A DNA stretch of 50,058 nucleotides from a virus. Lineage: Duplodnaviria; Caudoviricetes. Made by a program: the position numbers and the translations under genes. Location: IMG/VR virus record IMGVR_UViG_3300031454_000006, positions 1-50,058 of that record; one strand, 5' to 3'. This document shows, piece after piece, positions 43,356-50,058 of this stretch (position 1 is its first letter; every line of letters begins with the position of its first letter). A model generated the notes under the pieces. It was not told where the DNA came from. It did no database searches and saw only the letters and a list, made by a program, of their open reading frames with translations.

Positions 43356-43832
43356 ATGAAAGTTGCACTCTCACGAATGAAAGAGGTATTGAAGAAATTC
43401 AATAAGCTCGGCTTTACCATCGACGACGTTTATAAAATCGCAAAGCGCGAGCGCGTCAATATCGTATTCTACGCGATGGGCGATGGTGTCAAAGGTTATT
43501 ACCAAACCGAACGAAAGCGAGTTTATCGTAAAAAATATATATGCCTGAACGAAAAAACAAGCAAAGATGAAATTCTCTCCGTTCTGCTGCACGAGCTTGC
43601 GCATCATTTCCTGCACGTCTCGCCCGCCGTATCACGCCAGACGTTCTTTTGCCGCGCCGTTCAGTTAACTAACTCCAAACAGGACGCAGAAGCTGACGCT
43701 GTAGCATTAATTCTGGAAATTCCCCAGGCGAAGATGTTTGAGCTGATGGATACCAATTTTGAAGATATTACAGAGTTCACACCTGAAAAACTTAAAAAAA
43801 GATTGTGGGTTTATCGGAATCACGGAGAATAA
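43356..43832 (+). CDS. ImmA/IrrE family metallopeptidase
   Basis: LLHELAHH, EADAVA..LEIP; directly after repressor. Confidence 0.85.
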   Translation: MKVALSRMKEVLKKFNKLGFTIDDVYKIAKRERVNIVFYAMGDGVKGYYQTERKRVYRKKYICLNEKTSKDEILSVLLHELAHHFLHVSPAVSRQTFFCRAVQLTNSKQDAEADAVALILEIPQAKMFELMDTNFEDITEFTPEKLKKRLWVYRNHGE

Positions 43833-43835
43833 CAA

Positions 43836-44207
43836 ATGGATTTCATAGAACAATTGCAGCAATTGGCGAACAAAACATATATTGGTCAAAACGCTTTCGG
43901 CGTAAAAAGAAGAATTAAATATACAAAATTTGAAAACGTTCTGATTAAAATTAACAAATCACGACCTGATTTCACTTTGGCGAACATCACCCCAGAGAAC
44001 GCGCAGATAATGCTTCCAAATTTACGTTTGTTGATTGTCGGAACATTATTACAACCTTTTGCAGAAACAAGCTCAGTTTCTTATAAACCTACGATTGATG
44101 ACCCTGAACATATCGACGGTCGTAACTATTCTTTAATAATGGAAACAGAAGAAATTTGGCTGTATGACTTTGAAACCGGAAAGATTTTAGCAAAGGAAAA
44201 ATTTTAA
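43836..44207 (+). CDS. Hypothetical protein
   Basis: ORF track; GGAG RBS. Confidence 0.55.
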   Translation: MDFIEQLQQLANKTYIGQNAFGVKRRIKYTKFENVLIKINKSRPDFTLANITPENAQIMLPNLRLLIVGTLLQPFAETSSVSYKPTIDDPEHIDGRNYSLIMETEEIWLYDFETGKILAKEKF

Positions 44208-44292
44208 AAGGGAAAATTTTTATTTGGAGTTTAGATAAATGGAAACAATACGCAGAATTTTGGGAAGTAAAAAGGAAAAGGCGGCTTAATTT

Positions 44293-44523
44293 ATGGAAGG
44301 CAAAGACCGGCATCGCGCTGAAATCAGCGTCGAAATAGATGGACGCATAACGCACCTGTTTAATTATGAAGTCGGCGCGTTTGAAGTGCGGGACGGAGAA
44401 ATGCTTCTACCGATTCTAATCGAGACCCTGACGAATCCACGGATACGTGCAGATTTACAAATAAAACTTCACCCGCAGTTTCTGAGAAGTTTTCTTGAGG
44501 AACATCGGGACGAACTTTTGTAA
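44293..44523 (+). CDS. Hypothetical protein
   Basis: ORF track. Confidence 0.5.
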   Translation: MEGKDRHRAEISVEIDGRITHLFNYEVGAFEVRDGEMLLPILIETLTNPRIRADLQIKLHPQFLRSFLEEHRDELL

Positions 44524-44617
44524 CGACGGTTTTTAGTTTTTTGAAGTTGTTTTCCATAACTCTTATTTTACTCGAATGTGAACGAAAAGTGAACGCTTAA
44601 TTTTGGAGTTTATACAA

Positions 44618-45193
44618 ATGTCTATTCAATGCCCGCAATGCAATACGGTGAACCCACAGGGCGCTCGTTTTTGCTCCGGCTGCGGCGTGCAGTTTACCGG
44701 CGCTGCTCCCGTAATTAGAAAAAACAGTTTATCGACGCCGGTGATTGTTTTGATTGTCGTTATCGCTTTGTGCGGCTTATGCGGCTTGTGCGGCAGGTCA
44801 GCGCGCGATAGAAACCAAAGTGCTGGCGTTCCCATCCCGACACCGGCAAACGCCAACACCTACACTCCATCGACCTTCGTCTCGACCGATTCAGCAAACA
44901 AAATAGTCAATGCTAATGTTACACCGCCGGTTGCGCGGAAAAAGAGAATTCCGAAGAAACCGCCCGCCATTGTAAATACGACTGAATCGGTTGCCGACGG
45001 AGAAGATGGCGCAGATGGCTCGGACACTAATAGTATATCCGGCACCGATTCGTCGGTTTACACCGCGCCCGCTCAACGCTCTGTCTCAGCGCCGAGAGCA
45101 AACAACGGTTACTATACCGGTCCGCGCGGCGGCTGTTACACCTACTCGGCGAGCGGAAAGAAAAGATATGTTGACCACAGTTATTGCAATTAG
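44618..45193 (+). CDS. Zinc-ribbon, TM, low-complexity linker and GPRGG basic-adaptor-like domain
   Basis: CPQC..FCSGCG, TM, YYTGPRGGCYTYSASGKKRYV. Confidence 0.75.
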   Translation: MSIQCPQCNTVNPQGARFCSGCGVQFTGAAPVIRKNSLSTPVIVLIVVIALCGLCGLCGRSARDRNQSAGVPIPTPANANTYTPSTFVSTDSANKIVNANVTPPVARKKRIPKKPPAIVNTTESVADGEDGADGSDTNSISGTDSSVYTAPAQRSVSAPRANNGYYTGPRGGCYTYSASGKKRYVDHSYCN

Positions 45194-45211
45194 AAATTTA
45201 AACTTAAATAA

Positions 45212-45766
45212 ATGAAAACCTTACTTTTAATTTTAACTTTGAGTTTTGCGGCGTTCGGACAAACTCAAACCGCGCAGCCCGCCAAACCAAAGACGGAACT
45301 TGAATCGTTTCAAGAAAAATACGGCGTTGTGGTCGTCAAAACTTTTTCCGATGTAAGCGAGATGACCGGCTCCGGCGGTGTTTTAAAGATTCAGGCGCGC
45401 GCGCTTAAAAACCCTTCCGCCGGTTCTAAAGTTCGCGGATTGGTAGTTGAAATAGATTCGACCGAAAAATATGCCTCATCGGCTCGTTCATTTATTGAAT
45501 ATGATGAGATAGACAGCCTTATAAAAGGCATTGCCTATATTTCTAAAATTGACAAGTCCGTTACTACGCTTGAATCATTTGAAGCCGAATATAAAACTAA
45601 AGGCGACTTTTCGATTACAGTTTTTTCAAACCGTCAGGGCGGCGTGCGCGCAGCTCTATCAGTGGGCAGCTATAGCCAGAAAAATGTTTTTATTAAGTTA
45701 GAAGATTTGGCGGTTTTAATAACAAATTTAGAAAAAGCCAAAAATGTTCTCGATGCTGATAGATGA
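45212..45766 (+). CDS. Secreted hypothetical protein
   Basis: Signal peptide MKTLLLILTLSFAAFG. Confidence 0.7.
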   Translation: MKTLLLILTLSFAAFGQTQTAQPAKPKTELESFQEKYGVVVVKTFSDVSEMTGSGGVLKIQARALKNPSAGSKVRGLVVEIDSTEKYASSARSFIEYDEIDSLIKGIAYISKIDKSVTTLESFEAEYKTKGDFSITVFSNRQGGVRAALSVGSYSQKNVFIKLEDLAVLITNLEKAKNVLDADR

Positions 45767-45805
45767 GACGGAATAAAGGATTTGAAGTTTGGAGTTTATA
45801 GCGTT

Positions 45806-46612
45806 ATGGGATTTTTCGACGACATTAAAAGCAAATTCGGCAAAGGTAAAATTAAAAAAGAGCAAATCGAACGACTTCGGGAAATAATGACCGTAGCGAT
45901 TGACGACGGCGAAGTTACCGATTTTGAATTGGATAATATAAATACTTTTTTTCTTCAAAGCGAATTATCTGTCGAAGATTTCCAAGCGTTAAAAACCGAA
46001 GCGCTGATGAATGTCGTCAACCTCGCCATTGCCGACCGGCGCGTTACTGATTTTGAATCTGACGCCCTTAAGAAAATAATCAATCAGTTCGACTTGCCGC
46101 CTGCCGTCTTTAACCAAGTTAAGGAAAAAGTTAAGTATTTTGAAGCGCTCGCGCTGCTCGATTCGGACGCCCCGCTTCCGGTCGGAAATCCAACCAATTT
46201 GATACTCAAAAAAGACGAAACGGCACACGCCAGTCTTCCCGCTTTTTTGATGGAAGAACGTGTAACGAGTCGTCAATACACGGGAAGCTCAAAAGGAATC
46301 AGCGTGCCGATTGTCAAAGGAATCAGATTTAATGTCGGAGCGCAGCGCGGACAATCGCATTCAATAACCGAAAGTGTCTGCGTTAGCGAAGGCTATTTTA
46401 TTATTACAAACAAAAGACTGGTTTTTTCCGGCACTCGAAAATCCGTTTCGTCAGACTTGTCTAAACTGCTCGATATGCAGATTTACTCAAACGCTCTTCA
46501 ATTTAGTGTTACGAGTCGTCAGAAACCAACGACCGTTAAATTTTCGCGCGGCGAAGAAGTCGAAATGTGCGGCGTGATTATTTCTCGGCTGCTTAACGAA
46601 ACAGTTAAATAA
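45806..46612 (+). CDS. TerB-like repeats plus PH-like domain protein
   Basis: AIDDGEVTDFE and AIADRRVTDFE; GYFIITNKRLVFSG. Confidence 0.7.
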   Translation: MGFFDDIKSKFGKGKIKKEQIERLREIMTVAIDDGEVTDFELDNINTFFLQSELSVEDFQALKTEALMNVVNLAIADRRVTDFESDALKKIINQFDLPPAVFNQVKEKVKYFEALALLDSDAPLPVGNPTNLILKKDETAHASLPAFLMEERVTSRQYTGSSKGISVPIVKGIRFNVGAQRGQSHSITESVCVSEGYFIITNKRLVFSGTRKSVSSDLSKLLDMQIYSNALQFSVTSRQKPTTVKFSRGEEVEMCGVIISRLLNETVK

Positions 46613-46811
46613 TGGAAAACGAAACAATCACGCTCGAACAAATAGAAATACTCGAACAGTTGAAATTATTGCCGATTCTCACCGATGAGGATTACCGGAA
46701 ATTAGGCGAGATGTTTGGGGAAGATGAATGATTTTGGAGTTTACGAAAACCGAAAAAGTTGGATTTTTGTATGGAGTCTACCTGGAACTTAAGACAAATA
46801 GCTAATTTAAA

Positions 46812-47300
46812 ATGGCATCACATTTTTTATATTCGACTAATACATTTATGAGCAAATACATAAGTGATAAATATCGAGGCGGCTTACAGTACGTATGGTG
46901 TGGTGAGCATTTTAATCCGGCAATGCTTAATAAATTATCCCCTGCTTCAATGGTTGCGCCAAGTTCCAGCCCTATTGGTTTGTATAAAAAATTAGATGAA
47001 GAAATCAAATTAAATGAAAGACATTCCGCAACAATAAACGCACACAGAACCAAATTTGCCAAACTAGCAATTCAATGGAAAGATGCAAGAGAAATAACCG
47101 AGGAGCAATCAAAGGAAATAACTTATATCGTCAAAAAATTTGCCATGAGTTACTGGCGACCTTTGCTATACATAATTCCCCGGAATATAATTGATGCCTC
47201 TCGCATCGAAATTGTAGAACCCGCCAGGCGGGCAAGTTTGGCGGACGAATTTATAATTAAAGATTTAAATCTCGACGAGTATGATGTCTTGGAATTTTAG
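46812..47300 (+). CDS. Hypothetical protein, possible ADP-ribosyltransferase fold
   Basis: FLYSTN..YVWC..LLYIIP..DEFII strand pattern; AT-rich DNA. Confidence 0.6.
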   Translation: MASHFLYSTNTFMSKYISDKYRGGLQYVWCGEHFNPAMLNKLSPASMVAPSSSPIGLYKKLDEEIKLNERHSATINAHRTKFAKLAIQWKDAREITEEQSKEITYIVKKFAMSYWRPLLYIIPRNIIDASRIEIVEPARRASLADEFIIKDLNLDEYDVLEF

Positions 47301-47302
47301 TT

Positions 47303-48190
47303 ATGCTGGAAACATTAAAAAATTATAACAGCCAAGTAATTCAGCAAACGCTTGCCGATGTTTCGACTTTCTTTCTGCCTTCTACAGCAGAGCAGGAAGC
47401 CCAAGCATTATCCAGAGTTAGTATTGAGTTAAAACAGAAAGTTATATCTGAAATCAGAGGCAATTTAGGATTGCAGGCAGATGATAACTCACCAAAAGCA
47501 TTAAACAGAATTCATCGTCTTTTGTTGAGCGAAATGACTAAATCCGTGCTTTCAGATGCAGACGAAGCTGAAATTAGAGAACGATTAGGTCAGAAAGGCG
47601 ATTTAAGCCCAAATTTGTATCAGGTTAAATTTTCTGATGCTTCCAGTTATTTTATAAAAACAGGCATCAGCAGAGTCGTGGCGGAGTCCGTCGTTAAAAA
47701 TCCTGACTATTTTCAGCACTTACACCCAGATGAAAATGGACTGAATCCAGAAAACTCTACTTCACTTTTTACGAAAATGTTTATTGGTGGTGAAATACAA
47801 AACAATCACACTTTAATTGTAGTTGCTCAAAGACAAGGATTTGTGCAGCTTATACAAGAAGCTTGGATTCTCTATCACGTCGATGTAGATATTACGCAAG
47901 CAAAAACCCCGCTTGACATGTTAAAGCTATTTGTTCAGAAGTATGGAGAAAACATGATGGTTGCAGGTAAAGAGGGAAGTTTTTTTTGGGAAGAGAAGAT
48001 ACCGATTGTTTTCGGTAAACCGTCAGATATAATGCGCATTCCCAATACTGACAAGCATAATGATTGGATAGCTTGCACCCAAATCAAAGAAAACGACGGG
48101 TTTGTTGAAATTGGTCATGCCTATTCCATTAACTTGACTAAATATAAGGCTGACCTAAGAAAACATAATTTCCGTAAAAACAAAAAGTAA
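47303..48190 (+). CDS. Hypothetical protein (moron partner)
   Basis: 295 aa, starts 2 nt after previous stop; AT-rich DNA. Confidence 0.7.
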   Translation: MLETLKNYNSQVIQQTLADVSTFFLPSTAEQEAQALSRVSIELKQKVISEIRGNLGLQADDNSPKALNRIHRLLLSEMTKSVLSDADEAEIRERLGQKGDLSPNLYQVKFSDASSYFIKTGISRVVAESVVKNPDYFQHLHPDENGLNPENSTSLFTKMFIGGEIQNNHTLIVVAQRQGFVQLIQEAWILYHVDVDITQAKTPLDMLKLFVQKYGENMMVAGKEGSFFWEEKIPIVFGKPSDIMRIPNTDKHNDWIACTQIKENDGFVEIGHAYSINLTKYKADLRKHNFRKNKK

Positions 48191-48226
48191 TTATAAGCGA
48201 AAAATTTAAGTATTGAAAACTAAGTA

Positions 48227-48418
48227 TTGAACGAAAACAAAACCAGTTTCCTTGAAATGAACCTCGCCGTCTGCCGCGCTTGCCGCCACAAATTATTCTC
48301 GATTCTCTACGAGCCGAAATACTGCCGCGAGTGCGGGCGCGAAGGCTTGAAACATTATTCGTTTTTAGAATGGCTGGTTTTGGCGGCGGTCGCAGCGTTG
48401 GCAGTTAAGTTTTTATGA
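48227..48418 (+). CDS. Zn-ribbon plus TM small protein
   Basis: CRAC..CREC and hydrophobic end. Confidence 0.5.
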   Translation: MNENKTSFLEMNLAVCRACRHKLFSILYEPKYCRECGREGLKHYSFLEWLVLAAVAALAVKFL

Positions 48419-48552
48419 GCGAAATCAAACTCTGCGACGACCGCGGAAAAAATCCGGCGAAGACGTTCGTGCAGCTCGAAGGCAGCTACAAATTAATTTG
48501 CTCGGATTGTTCGGCGAAAGAAAGCAGGCAGGGGCGGTCGAGTAATGGGTAG
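48415..48552 (+). CDS. 45-aa degenerate Zn-finger peptide
   Basis: CDDR...CSDC; ATGA coupling. Confidence 0.35.
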   Translation: MSEIKLCDDRGKNPAKTFVQLEGSYKLICSDCSAKESRQGRSSNG

Positions 48553-48644
48553 ACTTTGATGACGCGGACGTAATCGAAGCGTTTTAGACCGAATATTTTT
48601 TTCTCTTTTAAATCCCACGAATAAGATTTTGTATCGTAAATAAG

Positions 48645-49850
48645 ATGAAAATCGAGAAAATTTTCAACAAAAAGAAAGGCGTTCACGAATACGTCGCGCG
48701 CTTCCAGCTCGGCGGAAAAGAATTTCGCCCAAAGGCTTCGACGCGCAAAACCTTAAACGACACTATCGACGAAATCCGCGCCCGGGAACACCGAACCAAA
48801 TTCGAGCTGCCGGTCGCCGATTATTCGCCGCTCGTCAAAGAATTATTCGCAGCTCACGCCGCTAAACTGGACAAAGGCGCCGACCGCAAAAAGATTTCGA
48901 TGTTCGCGCGCGTATCGACTCGCCTTTTGGTTTTGTTTCCGGCGGGCATCAAAATCAAAGAACTTAAAGCGGCGCATTTCCAAAAATATATCAACGTTCG
49001 GCTCGAAGAGATAAATCCGCAATCGGAAAAACCGATTCTGCCCGAAACCGTCAACAAGGAATTGTCCGCCGCATCAGTCGCTATTAAAAACGCGCGCAAA
49101 TATTTTGCGGAACTCGAAGATTACACAGCGCCGGAGATTCCGAAAGCCGAACAGACGAAAGGCGGCAGGCGGCGCGAGCGGCTGGTCGAAAAAGACACCG
49201 AGCTTGCCGTTCTGCTCGAATATTTGCGCCGGGAACATAAAAACCCGGACACAGCCGCCGCCCGCCGCCGCCTCGCGGACGATTTGGAGATTCGCTATCA
49301 AACGGGGCTGCGGCGCATTGAAGTCGCCCGGCTTGAGCGGAAACAATATCGCGCCCGCGAAGCCGCCCTGCGCGACGTGCGGCGCTGGAAGACCGGCACA
49401 GTTACCAAATTCTTTCCTCTCACGCGCCGCGCCGTCGAGGTAATCGAATCACGCCTGACTGCTTCGGACTCGAAATATATTTTTTCGGACGAGGGGCGAC
49501 CGAGCGAAGGCGCGTATAAAACCCTTAAACTCGTTTGCGGAAAGCTGAATATACCTTACGGCACTTTTGCCGAAGGCGGTTTCGTGCCGCATGACCTGAG
49601 GCACAACTTCAGCACGGAGATAATTCGCGTAACCGATATTGAGACGGCAAAGAATTTAACCGGACACACGGGCGACCACATTTTGACTTATCTGCACACC
49701 GACGAGGGACGGATGCGCGAAGCGATGAACCGGCGCGAAGGTTTCGACCGAACCGAGCTTTTGACCGAACTTTACAAGGAAACAAAAGATGGTAGTATTG
49801 AACTTCCCGCTTTCATCGAGCGGGTCGGTTTTTTGATAAAAAACGGTTAG
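48645..49850 (+). CDS. int: Tyrosine recombinase/integrase
   Basis: TGLRRIE, HDLRH, TGH and catalytic Y in LTYLH. Confidence 0.93.
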   Translation: MKIEKIFNKKKGVHEYVARFQLGGKEFRPKASTRKTLNDTIDEIRAREHRTKFELPVADYSPLVKELFAAHAAKLDKGADRKKISMFARVSTRLLVLFPAGIKIKELKAAHFQKYINVRLEEINPQSEKPILPETVNKELSAASVAIKNARKYFAELEDYTAPEIPKAEQTKGGRRRERLVEKDTELAVLLEYLRREHKNPDTAAARRRLADDLEIRYQTGLRRIEVARLERKQYRAREAALRDVRRWKTGTVTKFFPLTRRAVEVIESRLTASDSKYIFSDEGRPSEGAYKTLKLVCGKLNIPYGTFAEGGFVPHDLRHNFSTEIIRVTDIETAKNLTGHTGDHILTYLHTDEGRMREAMNRREGFDRTELLTELYKETKDGSIELPAFIERVGFLIKNG

Positions 49851-49931
49851 AGTCGGCAGAATGTCGGAACGGATTTTTCCGCGTTTCGCTAAACAATTTG
49901 TTTCAAACAACTTGCGAGAGACATTCGTTTG

Positions 49932-49946
49932 CCACCCTTTCCGCCA
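49932..49946 (+). other. Attachment-site core, duplicated tRNA-Ser-like 3' end
   Basis: CCACCCTTTCCGCCA matches a T-stem 3' strand, acceptor strand, G discriminator and CCA; about 80 nt after int. Confidence 0.65.
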
Positions 49947-50058
49947 TAATTCAAATAATGATGAATTAGGAATGCGGAACAATGAACTAATTTTTATTCA
50001 GCATTCATAATTCATCATTTATATATGGCTTCAGGCTCCGCACAAGGTTTGAGTTGTG

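Larger units (their letters stand above)
1..49946. mobile_element. Temperate siphovirus-like prophage (left end outside window)
   Basis: Ordered tail, head, lysis, replication, immunity and integration modules. Confidence 0.95.

Noticed and set aside
1-50058. CRISPR array, DGR or retron
   Set aside because: No regularly spaced repeat-spacer array and no reverse transcriptase ORF noticed.

Overview
Almost the whole window is one temperate siphovirus-like prophage. Its right boundary is a tRNA-Ser-like 3' end (att core, 49932-49946) just after a tyrosine integrase, and it runs off the left edge inside a tailspike gene. The minus strand (1-42.8 kb) carries tail tip, tape measure, frameshifted tail chaperones, tail tube, head-tail genes, capsid, scaffold, portal, terminase, lysis, DnaB/initiator replication, a large ParB and early genes. 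The plus strand (42.9-49.85 kb) carries the repressor, an ImmA/IrrE protease, accessory genes and the integrase. Most notable observations: (1) a 1189-bp IS200/IS605-type element whose ends obey the TnpA guide/cleavage-site rule but which carries a promoter and two small cargo genes instead of TnpB; (2) a splicing-competent-looking Hint domain fused to a gpL-like tail hub protein in a tail operon lacking gpK and the ubiquitin-like part of gpI; (3) several structured-RNA candidates: an H-type pseudoknot present twice with a compensatory stem, a ~510-nt structured intergenic region, a tRNA-like T-loop element, and two terminator-containing late leaders; (4) an AT-rich two-gene moron with a possible ADP-ribosyltransferase fold. 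All family calls come from motif recognition by eye; no searches were run and the host is not determined.
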